The notes below the pieces were generated by a model. The model was given only the letters and a program-made list of their open reading frames with translations. It ran no database searches and was not told the origin of the DNA. Source: an uncultured Smithella sp. (lineage in GTDB: Bacteria > Desulfobacterota > Syntrophia > Syntrophales > Smithellaceae). From it: a stretch of 64,000 nucleotides of DNA. The translations under genes were made by a program, and so were the position numbers. Shown here one piece after another: positions 9,341 through 19,865 of this stretch (positions are counted from its first letter, which is position 1; each line of letters opens with the position of its first letter). The stretch is from the NCBI GenBank assembly GCA_964646755.1, contig CAZYIE010000006.1:2266-66265 (forward strand), written 5' to 3'.

Positions 9341-11254
9341 TTATAGTTTTTTGTCGCACATTTCCTGCATAAGTGCAATAAATTCATCAACTGGCAATGA
9401 TCCCAAATTCTGGCCATCCCGAGTTCTGGGGGCAACCGCTTCAGCTTCCATTTCCTTATCACCGATTACCAGCATGTAAGGAATTTTTTGCATCTGCGCC
9501 TGGCGAATTTTATAGCCCAGCTTTTCATTTTCAAAAAATTTCTCTGCGCGGATACCAGCAGCAATCAGTTTATCGTAAACTGACTGGGCATAAGGTATCT
9601 GCTTATCCGTAACGGTCAACAACGTGCATTGTACAGGCGAAAGCCAAACGGGAAAAGCTCCGGCATGATGCTCAATGAGTACTCCCATAAACCGTTCAAC
9701 CGCACCCAAAATAACCCTGTGCAACATAACCGGCCGGTGTTTTTCTCCGTCAGCACCGATATAACTCAGATCAAATCGTTCCGGCAGCGTAAAATCACAC
9801 TGGATCGTCGCACACTGCCATTTCCGTTTTAAGGCATCTTTCAATTTGAAATCAATCTTGGGACCATAAAATGCACCATCACCGGCGTTAATTTCGTAGG
9901 ATATTTTGTTATCCTGGAGTGCATTTTCCAGCGCAGACGTGGCCAAATCCCAATCTTCATCAGATCCGATAGAATTTTCCGGACGAGTGCTTAATTCGAC
10001 CTCATATTCGAACCCGAAAATTCCCATGGCATAATTGACAAAATCAGCAATTGCCCGGATCTCGGAATTCAATTGTTCCGGCGTGCAAAGTATATGAGCA
10101 TCATCCTGGGTAAATTGCCTGGCGCGCATTAATCCATGTAAAACTCCCGTCTTTTCATGGCGATGGACTGTTCCCAGTTCAAAATAACGCAAGGGCAAAT
10201 CACGGTAGCTGCGAATCTTGGATTTATAAATCAGCATGTGGGAAAGGCAATTCATTGGTTTAATGCCATAAGACTGCTCATCCACTTCAGTAAAATACAT
10301 ATTTTCCCGATAATGGTCAAAATGACCGGACTTCTTCCAAAGGTCAACTTTGAGAATCTGTGGCCCCATGACCATATCGTAGCCGCGTTTTAAGTGCTCT
10401 TTTCGCTCCCATTCTTCAATAATATAACGCAGAAGCATTCCCTTGGGATGAAATATTATCAAACCGGGACCAGCTTCTTCATTGATTTGAAACAAATCAA
10501 GCTCGCGACCTAGACGGCGATGATCCCGCTTCTTTGCTTCTTCAAGCATGTTCAAATAATCATTGAGCGCGGCAACATCGGCAAACCCGGTGCCGTAAAT
10601 ACGCTGTAACATTTTGTTTCTTTCATCGCCCCGCCAATAAGCACCGGCGACACTCAAAAGCTTGAAAGCTTTAATCATCCCCGTTAGCGGTATGTGAGGC
10701 CCACGGCATAAATCAACATAATTCCCTTGTTTATAAAGACTGACCACTTTTACGTCCGCCGGTAAATCGGTAATCAGTTCAACTTTATAATTCTCGTCTC
10801 TTTGGGCAAAGAGCGAAACTGCATCGGCACGGGAAACATCCTGGCGCACGAAAGGATAATTCGCAGCAATAATTTCCTTCATCCGCTTTTCAATTCTGGC
10901 AAAATCTTCGGTAGTAAAAGTCTCTTTATATTCAAAATCATAGTAAAAGCCATCGTCAATGGACGGGCCGATACTGACTTTCGCCCCAGTAAAAACATCC
11001 TGAACTGCCTGAGCCATTACATGAGAAATGCTATGGCGTAAAATAGACAAACCTTCCCTGGAAGTAATGTCAATTAAAGAAAGAGTGGCATTTTCGTCAA
11101 GAGGATGGCTTAAATCCACAGCTACGCCATTGATCTTTGCTGCGACAGTTGAACCTAAAGCTTCCTTTTTCCAAGTAGCAATAGCATCTTTTACAGTAAT
11201 GCCAGCGGTCAAAGACGCTTCGGATTTATCGGTAAAAACAATTTTAATATCCAT
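9341..11254 (-). CDS. thrS: threonine--tRNA ligase
   Basis: 637 aa with a TGS domain, an editing domain, the class II core (FHPKG, HRHE..G) and an anticodon-binding domain. Confidence 0.95.
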   Translation of the reverse strand: MDIKIVFTDKSEASLTAGITVKDAIATWKKEALGSTVAAKINGVAVDLSHPLDENATLSLIDITSREGLSILRHSISHVMAQAVQDVFTGAKVSIGPSIDDGFYYDFEYKETFTTEDFARIEKRMKEIIAANYPFVRQDVSRADAVSLFAQRDENYKVELITDLPADVKVVSLYKQGNYVDLCRGPHIPLTGMIKAFKLLSVAGAYWRGDERNKMLQRIYGTGFADVAALNDYLNMLEEAKKRDHRRLGRELDLFQINEEAGPGLIIFHPKGMLLRYIIEEWERKEHLKRGYDMVMGPQILKVDLWKKSGHFDHYRENMYFTEVDEQSYGIKPMNCLSHMLIYKSKIRSYRDLPLRYFELGTVHRHEKTGVLHGLMRARQFTQDDAHILCTPEQLNSEIRAIADFVNYAMGIFGFEYEVELSTRPENSIGSDEDWDLATSALENALQDNKISYEINAGDGAFYGPKIDFKLKDALKRKWQCATIQCDFTLPERFDLSYIGADGEKHRPVMLHRVILGAVERFMGVLIEHHAGAFPVWLSPVQCTLLTVTDKQIPYAQSVYDKLIAAGIRAEKFFENEKLGYKIRQAQMQKIPYMLVIGDKEMEAEAVAPRTRDGQNLGSLPVDEFIALMQEMCDKKL

Positions 11255-11300
11255 AGTTTATAATAAACACCAAAATAATGTCCATCATCCAGCGGACTCA

Positions 11301-11333
11301 TTTTAAAAGGGCATCACCATTTCGCTGATGCCC
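11301..11333 (-). terminator. rho-independent terminator after tRNA-Val
   Basis: Stem GGGCATCA/TGATGCCC (11309-11316 and 11326-11333), followed on the minus strand by TTTTAAAA. Confidence 0.65.
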
Positions 11334-11380
11334 TTTATTAAAAGTTGACCTTTTTTCACAACCTTAAGTACTGCGAAAAA

Positions 11381-11455
11381 TGGTAGGCAAGCAGGGATTT
11401 GAACCCTGGACATCCACCGCGTCAGGATGGCGCTCTCCCCCTGAGCTACTTGCCT
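11381..11455 (-). tRNA. tRNA-Val (anticodon GAC), CCA encoded
   Basis: The reverse complement folds by hand into a cloverleaf. The arms are acceptor AGGCAAG/CTTGCCT, D arm GCTC/GAGC, anticodon stem CCATC/GGTGG with loop CTGACGC, T arm CAGGG-TTCAAAT-CCCTG, and 3' ACCA. Length 75 nt. Confidence 0.92.
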
Positions 11456-11520
11456 GTAAATAAACCTATTTAGAATTTTGCTCTACTAGCAACAAAACGC
11501 CGCAGTGTCAAGTTAATATC

Positions 11521-12078
11521 TCATTTTTTAGCCTCTTTCAAGGCGGCAGTGTTAATAATTTTAATCCCCCGAGTTATGTATGTTAATCCTGATGCAACTG
11601 TAAAGAGACCGGTCAACCAGCAAATAATTCTAATCCAATCGTAACTGATATCATGAGAAAATGCCTGAAATGACAAAGCTAATAAAATTGTACCAATTTG
11701 CAGAGCGGTGGTAACTTTCCCGACGAAAGCCGGGCTAATCACATAAGGAACAGATATCATTGATAATATTGCAATTCCTAAAAGTATAATGAAGTCCCGA
11801 CTGATAACGATAACTGTGAGCCAACTAGGAATGATACCTAAAATAGATAATGTTACAAAACTTGCCGTCAACAGCAATTTATCGGCAATTGGATCCAGGT
11901 AAGAACCTAGAACAGTTTGACTGCTCAACAATCTGGCCAAAGCACCATCTAAAGCATCGGTTAAGCCCGCCACAGCAAAAGTAAACAAAGCCTTACCATA
12001 CGACCCTTGAATCAGAAATATAACCACAACCGGAACAAGGATAATCCGCAGCAGAGATAAGAAGTTTGGTATATTCAT
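11521..12078 (-). CDS. pgsA: CDP-diacylglycerol--glycerol-3-phosphate 3-phosphatidyltransferase
   Basis: 185-aa membrane protein with the CDP-alcohol phosphatidyltransferase motif DALDGALAR...GSYLDPIADK. Confidence 0.88.
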   Translation of the reverse strand: MNIPNFLSLLRIILVPVVVIFLIQGSYGKALFTFAVAGLTDALDGALARLLSSQTVLGSYLDPIADKLLLTASFVTLSILGIIPSWLTVIVISRDFIILLGIAILSMISVPYVISPAFVGKVTTALQIGTILLALSFQAFSHDISYDWIRIICWLTGLFTVASGLTYITRGIKIINTAALKEAKK

Positions 12079-12105
12079 TTAGAAAATAGGATTTGGCAAT
12101 TCATT

Positions 12106-12876
12106 TTATTGTTTATTGTCTCTAGATTTATTCCAATCCACCCAAGCATCCCTGTCTTCCGCTTCCGTAAATTCTTTGGGCTCTTCGGCCTTACCATCTG
12201 ATTTGATCCTAATCTGCTGCATTGACTTCACAATGTAAACCCACTCTTCCATTGAAACAGGTTTAGGCCCCGCGACAGTCGTTGGACCAGCTACAGGCTG
12301 CGGCGGTCCGGCAACAGGAACCTTTTGATCTTTTCTGGCAGCTGACGCGGCAACACTAACTTCACCATCATAAACCTTGACCAGAGCAGATTTATCATCT
12401 TCAACATTCATCCGGTATACGGTGCCACGGACTCCGGCGACAGCATTTTCGCAGGAAATTTCAAAACCACCTTTACCGCCGATAGATTTACGCACATTTG
12501 ACCAGATTTTCCCGATGGTCACAAAGATTTTCACGTCACGCTTTCCGGCATCTCCTGCATCAACTTTCATAATTTGGAATCTCGTATTGTCGGCAAAACG
12601 GACGATACTATTATCAGGCAGCAAAAGCTCCATCCGGCTTTTATCTCCTGTAGAAACTTCACAGCCCGTCCTTAGAAAATCATTAATCTTCAGCTTCTTG
12701 GCTCCTCTTTGACCGGGACAAACAGCCTGGGCTGCACCTTCCAGGGCGGTAACTTTGGCTTCTCCCTTAGCCATTTTCACTATTACCGGCGGTTTGGCAT
12801 AAGCATAAATGGAAAAAATACATATAGCCAGGAAACTCAACATTATTGAAATACTTTTTTTCATAAGCGTCCCCAT
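12106..12876 (-). CDS. secreted FecR-domain protein
   Basis: 256 aa with a signal peptide and a central FecR-like beta region (SRMELLLPDNSIVRFADNTRF...AGVRGTVY). Confidence 0.65.
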   Translation of the reverse strand: MGTLMKKSISIMLSFLAICIFSIYAYAKPPVIVKMAKGEAKVTALEGAAQAVCPGQRGAKKLKINDFLRTGCEVSTGDKSRMELLLPDNSIVRFADNTRFQIMKVDAGDAGKRDVKIFVTIGKIWSNVRKSIGGKGGFEISCENAVAGVRGTVYRMNVEDDKSALVKVYDGEVSVAASAARKDQKVPVAGPPQPVAGPTTVAGPKPVSMEEWVYIVKSMQQIRIKSDGKAEEPKEFTEAEDRDAWVDWNKSRDNKQ

Positions 12877-12934
12877 TATTTCCTATGATATATTTTTACG
12901 GTTCTTCTAAAACACAAGAGACTTAATTTTATTA

Positions 12935-13537
12935 TTATCCTTTAAAATTCGGCCCATCAGGCAAGGTTTCCAGCACTTTATTGACAACTTCCTCAATAAC
13001 AGTTTCGAAAGCTTCGTAGGACTTCATCTCCAAGCTTTTGCCGGGTAAATCAAAATTTCTGCTGGTAGTTTTGTATTGAGCTCTCCAGAGAATTTCTCCC
13101 GTCTGCGTGCTGCGCAATTCACAATGCGCTGCAACCGTCACAGGAACATAAAATAAACTCGTTGTGCGTTTACCCTCGGCAAGTGTACAGTACATGGCAG
13201 CATCCGCACCGACCAGTTCCTTGATGACGTTAGGAGATACTACACCTGTACCGCTTTTCTTCTCACTGCTGTATATAAGCTCTAATTTCTTGTCAATTAC
13301 TTCCAGCGGAAGCTTAGAGTATCCCTTAAAATAAAGTTCATCAAGTACTTTTAACCTCAATAATTGCGGCGCCTTAATATCCGGAGTTTTATTATTCACA
13401 GGCAGTACCGCAATTACCTTAGCTGTGGCCTTCTCAGAATCTTTTTTTATTGCATTCGGTGATTTAGAAGCACACCCAATGCACAATAATATTCCCAAAA
13501 TAACCGGTAAAATCATCTGGTCTTTGTATTTTTTCAT
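12935..13537 (-). CDS. lipoprotein, DUF799/GNA1162-like
   Basis: 200 aa with the lipobox LLCIGC. The pattern VIAVLPVNNKT...GADAAMYCTL...TGEILW resembles the GNA1162 family (from memory). Confidence 0.55.
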   Translation of the reverse strand: MKKYKDQMILPVILGILLCIGCASKSPNAIKKDSEKATAKVIAVLPVNNKTPDIKAPQLLRLKVLDELYFKGYSKLPLEVIDKKLELIYSSEKKSGTGVVSPNVIKELVGADAAMYCTLAEGKRTTSLFYVPVTVAAHCELRSTQTGEILWRAQYKTTSRNFDLPGKSLEMKSYEAFETVIEEVVNKVLETLPDGPNFKG

Positions 13538-14220
13538 TATTCTCCTTCCCTTGGTAAAAGGCTAATCGCTATTTGATTTTTTTTAATCAATTCAGTATCC
13601 AGAATGTACCGACCTGTTTTGGCTAATTCTTGAGCCAATGCTTGTGCAGTTCCTGATATTTCAAGCTCCAGGTGAGCCTGCTGCCATTCGAAAGATCGCG
13701 AATTAATATTTTTGACAATCTTTGCCCGCTTTTTCAAGAACTCTTTTAAGTATGAAAAATCAGAATATTTTTTTAACCCCCCAACCTCCAGAAAAATAAT
13801 TATATTCGGTTTTGCATCACCGGATATCTGACGAACACCCATTTTGGCCAGATCAATTTTTAAATCCAGGAGCGCAACAGCAACATTTACGGTAACGAAA
13901 TAAGTATCCTCCTGCCTGCTTTCTGCTGTAATTTTATAATTATTTACATATCTATCCTGTTGATCGATTATCCCATTTTTTACCGGCAGAAATTTTTTAT
14001 CTTTAACAGGGAGCGCAAGCAAGCTCGCTGCCGCCTCAGAAATTGCTCTTTGCAGCGCGTCCCGGATTGCCGCATCCCTTGCACCGGCAACATCATTTTG
14101 ATTAATCGCGGCATTGCCTTCAATTTCCAGGATTAAAACACTCGCATTACCCTGAGCGAAAACAGGACCACACAATAAAAAAATTAAAACAAACACTAAT
14201 GCAGACTGGTAGCGTCTCAT
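13537..14220 (-). CDS. secreted hypothetical protein (FlgT_N/LPP20-like N-terminus?)
   Basis: 227 aa with a signal peptide. The N-terminal segment ARDAAIRDALQRAISEAA resembles FlgT-N/LPP20-type domains; this is weak. Confidence 0.4.
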   Translation of the reverse strand: MRRYQSALVFVLIFLLCGPVFAQGNASVLILEIEGNAAINQNDVAGARDAAIRDALQRAISEAAASLLALPVKDKKFLPVKNGIIDQQDRYVNNYKITAESRQEDTYFVTVNVAVALLDLKIDLAKMGVRQISGDAKPNIIIFLEVGGLKKYSDFSYLKEFLKKRAKIVKNINSRSFEWQQAHLELEISGTAQALAQELAKTGRYILDTELIKKNQIAISLLPREGE

Positions 14221-14223
14221 AGG

Positions 14224-14559
14224 TTAATTAACCGTTGTTGATCCGTTGCCACTTAACTTTTTTAACTTATCAATTTCTTCCCGGATAACTCTTTCTGCTA
14301 TTTCCGGAATGATCTCACGAGCAATCCTTTCGGTTATCTCGGTTACCCGCTTGATTATTTCTCCATTGAAACTATTTGCCGTCGATTGATCTTCCGCAAC
14401 ATCAACTAATTCATGGATATATTTATTATCTTTAGCTATTCTCTCATAACCACGCCCATCAACCACAATAACTTCCTGATTATTTCTACCGTTTCGTTCT
14501 TCATATATTTCTGTCAAATCATAAATTTTCTTATCGTCTATAATAGAATCTTCAGCCAT
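14224..14559 (-). CDS. acidic hypothetical protein
   Basis: 111 aa with no signal peptide and a C-terminal amphipathic helix, RIAREIIPEIAERVIREEIDKLKK. It appears co-transcribed with the lipoprotein genes. Confidence 0.5.
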   Translation of the reverse strand: MAEDSIIDDKKIYDLTEIYEERNGRNNQEVIVVDGRGYERIAKDNKYIHELVDVAEDQSTANSFNGEIIKRVTEITERIAREIIPEIAERVIREEIDKLKKLSGNGSTTVN

Positions 14560-14686
14560 AATTATTCCCCCATAAGGCAGGTTACTTTAAAAAACTTTTT
14601 CCAATATAGGTGGTGGAGTTACCATAGTGTTCTAAACAGTTCAAGCAATATATACAACGGACTTTTGCTCATAAATATCAAGTGTT

Positions 14687-15538
14687 TTATGGCCGCAATT
14701 TAACAGCCAGATCATAAATTTTTTTCTTGGATAAACCGGTTTGTTGAACAATTTCGGCAACTGCATCGCGAACCGACATTTTTTTATTTTTCCACAGTTG
14801 CATCAATTTATCTTCGATTTCATCGGCAGTTAAAACAATCGGTTCTTTTTCTTTCCCCTGCATAATGATTGTGAATTCCCCTTTTGTTTTAACAGATACA
14901 TTAACATTGAGAAAATTGGAAATTTTCCCGGATTTAACTTCTTCAAATATTTTTGTCAATTCCCGGGCAATTACAATTTCACGATCACCCAATACATCAT
15001 ACATATCCTGGAGTGCTGCCAAATACCTTGCCGGCGATTCATAAAAAACAATCGTCCTAATTTCTTCCTGGAGTTCTTTTAAATATTTTATTCTTTTATT
15101 TTCTTTTGCCGGCAGAAATCCGCAAAAGAGGAAGTTATCGGCGGGAAAGCCGGAGACACTTAAAGCTGTAATAACCGCAGATACTCCCGGGATCGGAATG
15201 ACACGAACACTTTCTGCCTGTGCCAATTTGACCAGATGATAACCTGGATCAGAAATGCAGGGAGTACCGGCATCGGTAACATAAGCCACGCTCATGCCGG
15301 ATATGATTTTCGCTATAATGACTGAACTTTTTTCTTTTTCATTATGTTCGTGCAGGCTGATCAAAGGTGTTAATATCTTATAAGCATTAAGCAGCTTTCG
15401 AGTGCGCCGTGTATCCTCAGCCGCAATTATACTTACTTCTTTGAGTACCCGCAGCGCCCGCAAAGTAATATCTTCCAGATTGCCGATAGGCGTTGCCACA
15501 ATATAGAGAATTCCGGAATTACCGTCGCTATTCATCAT
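14687..15538 (-). CDS. rsmI: 16S rRNA (cytidine1402-2'-O)-methyltransferase
   Basis: 283 aa with the motif LYIVATPIGNLEDITLRALRVLKEV. Confidence 0.9.
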   Translation of the reverse strand: MMNSDGNSGILYIVATPIGNLEDITLRALRVLKEVSIIAAEDTRRTRKLLNAYKILTPLISLHEHNEKEKSSVIIAKIISGMSVAYVTDAGTPCISDPGYHLVKLAQAESVRVIPIPGVSAVITALSVSGFPADNFLFCGFLPAKENKRIKYLKELQEEIRTIVFYESPARYLAALQDMYDVLGDREIVIARELTKIFEEVKSGKISNFLNVNVSVKTKGEFTIIMQGKEKEPIVLTADEIEDKLMQLWKNKKMSVRDAVAEIVQQTGLSKKKIYDLAVKLRP

Positions 15539-15651
15539 AGAACCTTATATTCAAGCATTTTTATAGTTGACTTCTATAGTCGGTTTCAGGTTTAATACCA
15601 GAGTATAAACGAAAATACCATAATGAACCAGTCCAGGGCCCATAAATTTAT

Positions 15652-16596
15652 ATGACAAAGCGAATACTTATTACCGGCGGCGCCGGCTTTTTAGGTTCCC
15701 ATCTTTGCGAAAGATTGCTCCATGAAGATAACGAAATTCTCTGCCTGGATAACTTTTATACCGGCAATAGGGATAACATTAGTCATCTTTTGGGAAATTC
15801 CCGTTTCGAGTTAATAGAACATGACATAATAAACCCCATCTACCCGAAAATTGATCAAATATACAATTTGGCCTGTCCCGCATCACCAGTCCACTATCAA
15901 TACAACCCGATTAAGACAATTAAAACCAATGTAATGGGAGCAATCAATGTTTTAGGGATTGCCAAAAGAACGAAAGCAACGGTTCTCCAGGCTTCCACAT
16001 CAGAAGTCTATGGCGATCCGGAGGTACATCCCCAAAACGAATCCTACTGGGGCCGCGTAAATCCTATTGGAATTCGCAGTTGTTATGATGAAGGAAAAAG
16101 GGCTGCCGAATGCCTGATGATGGACTACCGACGGCAAAACGGCGTCAATGCAAAAATTGTCCGAATTTTTAATACCTACGGCCCGCGCATGGCCATTAAC
16201 GATGGACGGGTCGTCAGTAATTTTATCGTTCAGGCCCTGCAGAGTAAAGCTATTACCATATATGGCGACGGCTCCCACACCCGCTCTTTTTGCTATGTAG
16301 ATGATTTAGTAGATGGCATGATCCGCATGATGAATTCACCCGCTGATTTTTACGGACCGGTCAATCTCGGCAATCCCGGCGAGTTTACAATTTCCGAGTT
16401 AGCGCAAGTTATCATTAAATTAACAAACAGTATCTCACAGATTGTCTTTCAACCGCTGCCTGCTGATGATCCGACACAACGCAAACCGGACATAACTCTG
16501 GCCGGCGAAAAAATTGGCTGGAGCCCAAAAGTTGAATTGGAAAAAGGATTAATTGGCACGATCCAATATTTTCGCAATCTTTTAAAGATCTCTTAA
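15652..16596 (+). CDS. UDP-glucuronate decarboxylase (UDP-xylose synthase)
   Basis: 314-aa extended SDR with the motifs GGAGFLGSH and YDEGKR. It is highly UXS-like throughout. Confidence 0.88.
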   Translation: MTKRILITGGAGFLGSHLCERLLHEDNEILCLDNFYTGNRDNISHLLGNSRFELIEHDIINPIYPKIDQIYNLACPASPVHYQYNPIKTIKTNVMGAINVLGIAKRTKATVLQASTSEVYGDPEVHPQNESYWGRVNPIGIRSCYDEGKRAAECLMMDYRRQNGVNAKIVRIFNTYGPRMAINDGRVVSNFIVQALQSKAITIYGDGSHTRSFCYVDDLVDGMIRMMNSPADFYGPVNLGNPGEFTISELAQVIIKLTNSISQIVFQPLPADDPTQRKPDITLAGEKIGWSPKVELEKGLIGTIQYFRNLLKIS

Positions 16597-16619
16597 CCAG
16601 TGGAGGAACACCGACCAAA

Positions 16620-18011
16620 ATGAAATTTCAGAAAAAAATTCTCTGCATTGGCGCCGGTTATGTCGGCGGCCCATCTATGGCCATGATCGCTTACAAGTGC
16701 CCCGATTACCGTGTAACAGTGACAGATATCAACCATGAACGCATTGATGCCTGGAATTCTGCCGAGTTGCCTGTCTATGAGCCGGGACTGGACGAAATTG
16801 TTAAAAAAACACGTGGCAAGAATTTATTTTTCGCCAAAGATATTGAAAACCAGATCAAGGAAAATGACATTATTTTTGTCAGTGTTAACACGCCTACCAA
16901 AACATTTGGCGCAGGGGCAGGTAAGGCTGCCGATTTACAATATTTAGAAAAAACTGCCCGGCAAATTCTGCAATATTCCCAATCACCCAAAATAGTGATA
17001 GAAAAAAGCACTCTGCCGGTTAAAACAGCCTTGGCCATGGAAAGAATATTAAGTTCGGGCAAAGGCAAAATTACCTTTGAAGTTCTCTCCAACCCGGAAT
17101 TTATGGCGGAGGGAACGGCAATTAAGGACTTGGAAAATCCGGACCGGGTGCTTATTGGTTCGAGGGAAACTAAAAGCGGTCTAAAAGCCCGCGCGGAATT
17201 GGTTGATATCTATGCGCGATGGATTCCCAAGGGAAAAATTATCACGTCCAATATCTGGAGCAGCGAATTATCCAAATTGGTCGCCAATGCTTTCCTGGCC
17301 CAAAGGGTATCCTCGATCAATTCCATCTCCGCTCTGTGTGAAAAAGCTGATGCCAATGTAGCCGAAGTAGCTCGCGCTGTGGGAATGGACAGCCGCGTAG
17401 GCAGTAAATTTCTCCAGGCCGGCATTGGCTTTGGCGGTTCCTGCTTTAAAAAAGATATTTTAAATCTCGTATATCTTTGCAGCTATTATGGTTTACAGGA
17501 AGTAGCCGATTATTGGGAAAGTGTGGTAAAGATCAACGAATACCAGCAGGAACGTTTCATTGCTAACATTCTTAGCTCGATGTTCAATACTTTAGCCGGC
17601 AAGAAAATTTGCATCCTGGGTTTTGCTTTTAAAGCTGATACCGGCGACACCCGGGAAAGCCCGGCAATCTACATCACACGCCGATTACTGGCGGAACAGG
17701 CCGAAGTAATCATTTCCGATCCGAAGGCGCTGAAAAATGCAGCTCTGGATCTTGCCGATGAAGAAGGGAATATTACTTTTATCGAAGACGCTTACCGCGC
17801 CGCCGCCGGCTGCCATGCGCTCGCAATAATGACCGATTGGGATTTGTACAAGAAACTCGATTATAAAAAGATATTCAAGTCTATGGTCAAACCGGCTTTT
17901 ATTTTTGACGGCCGGAATATTCTGGACCACAAAAAATGTTTTGAAATAGGCTTTAATGTTTATCCTATCGGCAAACCGGCACTAAGTCATTTTAAACAGC
18001 AGGAATCTTAG
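16620..18011 (+). CDS. ugd: UDP-glucose 6-dehydrogenase (long, eukaryote-like form)
   Basis: 463 aa with GAGYVGG, the catalytic GFGGSCFKKD and the C-terminal UDP-binding domain. Confidence 0.92.
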   Translation: MKFQKKILCIGAGYVGGPSMAMIAYKCPDYRVTVTDINHERIDAWNSAELPVYEPGLDEIVKKTRGKNLFFAKDIENQIKENDIIFVSVNTPTKTFGAGAGKAADLQYLEKTARQILQYSQSPKIVIEKSTLPVKTALAMERILSSGKGKITFEVLSNPEFMAEGTAIKDLENPDRVLIGSRETKSGLKARAELVDIYARWIPKGKIITSNIWSSELSKLVANAFLAQRVSSINSISALCEKADANVAEVARAVGMDSRVGSKFLQAGIGFGGSCFKKDILNLVYLCSYYGLQEVADYWESVVKINEYQQERFIANILSSMFNTLAGKKICILGFAFKADTGDTRESPAIYITRRLLAEQAEVIISDPKALKNAALDLADEEGNITFIEDAYRAAAGCHALAIMTDWDLYKKLDYKKIFKSMVKPAFIFDGRNILDHKKCFEIGFNVYPIGKPALSHFKQQES

Positions 18012-18385
18012 GGGCCGACGAAATCAAAAGCATTTTTTATTAATTTGATTTCGTTTCCGCAGGGTCGAAGCGTTATCGCTATTACATCAAAGCGGGCATC
18101 GGCATCGGCCATTTTATTCTTTTGCAGATACCATAAAGCCAACTGCGAGAGCTTTTTCTGTTTTCTGTTTCCCACAGCTTGTTCAGGATAACCTAATTGA
18201 CTTGATTTTCGAGTTTTTACTTCAATAAAAACAATTTCGCTTGTTTTTTCCCGGGCAATTATATCAATTTCACCCAACGGGCAACGAAAGTTAGTTTCGC
18301 AAATACGATAGCCGTTTTTCTTCAGATAAGCTACGGCGATTTGTTCCCCTTCTCTGCCCGTGCTTATTTTCGACATGTCTTTCAT
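18008..18385 (-). CDS. yraN: YraN-family (UPF0102) endonuclease-like protein
   Basis: 125 aa with the motif GEIDIIA...FIEVKTR. Confidence 0.85.
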   Translation of the reverse strand: MKDMSKISTGREGEQIAVAYLKKNGYRICETNFRCPLGEIDIIAREKTSEIVFIEVKTRKSSQLGYPEQAVGNRKQKKLSQLALWYLQKNKMADADARFDVIAITLRPCGNEIKLIKNAFDFVGP

Positions 18386-19008
18386 TTTTCTGACAAATCC
18401 AGCACTGTCTGGTTCCTATCGATGTTTTTAAGATGAAACGACCGGCGATGTATTTTACACATGCCGAATTCCAGAATAGCTGCACGATGCTCTTTTGTTC
18501 CATAACCTTTGTTCTGAAGAAAATTATATCGGGGAAACTGGCGATGGTACATTTCCATAATGCGATCCCGTGAAACTTTCGCAATGATTGATGCGGCGGC
18601 AATGGAAATACTTAAAGAATCACCCTTTACCAGTGCATTTTGCGGAGTTTGCAGGGGTATTTTATGCAAACCGTCAATTAAGAGAAAATCGGGCGGGATG
18701 GACAACTCTAAAACTGCCTCACGCATGGACTGAAGGGAAGCTTGCAGGATATTGATGCGATCAATTATATCAGCGTCAGCAGTACCAACACCGACAGCAA
18801 TGGCATCTTGATTGATGACTTCGTAGAGTTCTTCTCTCTTGCGGGCGGAAAGCTTTTTGGAATCGTTGATTTGGCTGTTTGAATAACCAGGCGGAAAAAT
18901 TACGGCCGCAGCGACAACAGGACCTGCCAGCGGGCCTCTTCCTGCTTCATCTATGCCCGCGATGAACTTGTAACCTTTTCGGTAGGCAAGCTTCTCAAAT
19001 GTGTCCAT
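18382..19008 (-). CDS. rnhB: ribonuclease HII
   Basis: 208 aa with the motif GIDEAGRGPLAGPVVAAAV. Confidence 0.93.
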   Translation of the reverse strand: MDTFEKLAYRKGYKFIAGIDEAGRGPLAGPVVAAAVIFPPGYSNSQINDSKKLSARKREELYEVINQDAIAVGVGTADADIIDRINILQASLQSMREAVLELSIPPDFLLIDGLHKIPLQTPQNALVKGDSLSISIAAASIIAKVSRDRIMEMYHRQFPRYNFLQNKGYGTKEHRAAILEFGMCKIHRRSFHLKNIDRNQTVLDLSEK

Positions 19009-19073
19009 TGAAGACTTAAGGAAAGCAATATATTCTTCACTTTCCGGTCCTTTCCGGCAAGATATTATTCCAA

Positions 19074-19197
19074 TTCCAATTCAAGCGCTACCTTTGTTGG
19101 CGTCGTCGTCGGCTTCCTCAACGTATTTATAATACGCCTAGCTGCCTCCTCCTAGCCGCCGCGGTATCATCATTGAATTGGAAATGTAATTATAACA
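19074..19197 (-). promoter_or_regulatory. candidate promoter plus structured 5' leader of rnhB-yraN
   Basis: On the minus strand there is an extended -10, TGTTATAAT (19197-19189). An 11-bp closing stem, TTCCAATTCAA (19183-19173) / TTGAATTGGAA (19084-19074), then encloses about 88 nt containing the CGTATT/AATACG hairpin and the GGAGGAGG tract. Confidence 0.3.
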
Positions 19198-19212
19198 AAT
19201 TGCCTTCATTGA

Positions 19213-19245
19213 AAAAGCCATCGCCAGTCGAGGCGATGGCTTTTC
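19213..19245. terminator. bidirectional rho-independent terminator
   Basis: AAAGCCATCGCC-agtcga-GGCGATGGCTTTT with A/T runs on both sides. Confidence 0.8.
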
Positions 19246-19476
19246 GACACACTAAAAACATCTTAAGCAGCTTTCTTCCTTACCACTCCAGTGTCCTGAT
19301 GAACACAAATTGTTAGGGGCCTTTACGTAATAACCATTACATTTCTAACAACCCCTGCTGGTCTTGTGACCTCGCGTGACCTTCAGGTTATCAGGTTATA
19401 GCAAGTCCATTTCGTTACGGCCCCTTATGCCGTTGACGATATTACATTGTTACGGTTATTACCGAACAACGGCCTC
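19246..19476 (-). ncRNA. candidate structured RNA / 3' UTR between the rplS stop and the terminator
   Basis: About 230 nt with no ORF longer than 25 codons. Several long-range complementarities are readable by eye on the minus strand: GCCGTTG/CAACGGC, AGGGGCC/GGCCCCT, GTAATAACC/GGTTATTAC, TTGTTAG/CTAACAA and TGGaCTTG/CAAGaCCA. The class is not identified. Confidence 0.25.
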
Positions 19477-19824
19477 TTAATTATTTGTCTGTTCTTTGAT
19501 CCTTGCTTTCTTACCTCTCAAATTTCTTAAATAGTAGAGGCGGGAACGACGTACTTTTCCTCGGGTAACAACTTCAATCCGGTCGATAACCGGTGAATGT
19601 AGAGGAAAAGTTCTTTCGACACCAATACCATAAGAAACTTTTCTGACTGTAAAATTGGAGCGACTATTTCCACGTCGCTTACGGATTACAACACCTTCAA
19701 AAGCCTGAATTCTTTGCTTCTGTCCTTCGATGATACGCACATATACTTTAATCGTGTCACCGGCTTTAAAACCGGGAATATCCCCTCTCATGTGCTCTTT
19801 TTCAATCATTTCCAAGACGTTCAT
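19477..19824 (-). CDS. rplS: 50S ribosomal protein L19
   Basis: 115 aa. The track translation is L19-like throughout and the gene lies downstream of trmD, as expected. Confidence 0.95.
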   Translation of the reverse strand: MNVLEMIEKEHMRGDIPGFKAGDTIKVYVRIIEGQKQRIQAFEGVVIRKRRGNSRSNFTVRKVSYGIGVERTFPLHSPVIDRIEVVTRGKVRRSRLYYLRNLRGKKARIKEQTNN

Positions 19825-19865
19825 TCTATATTTCCTCCCGTCAAACTCACATTACTTATTAAATT

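Noticed and set aside
19009-19476. Assignment of the rplS-rnhB gap to a known housekeeping RNA (RNase P RNA, tmRNA or SRP RNA).
   Set aside because: I could not find the hallmark motifs: GAGGAAAGTCCGG and ACAGAACCCGGCTTA for RNase P, a tRNA-like GGGG...TTCGAATCC...CCA end for tmRNA, or the GGAAG/AGCAGCC domain IV for SRP. The nearest string, GGTAAGGAAGAAAGCTGC, is not convincing. The class is left open.
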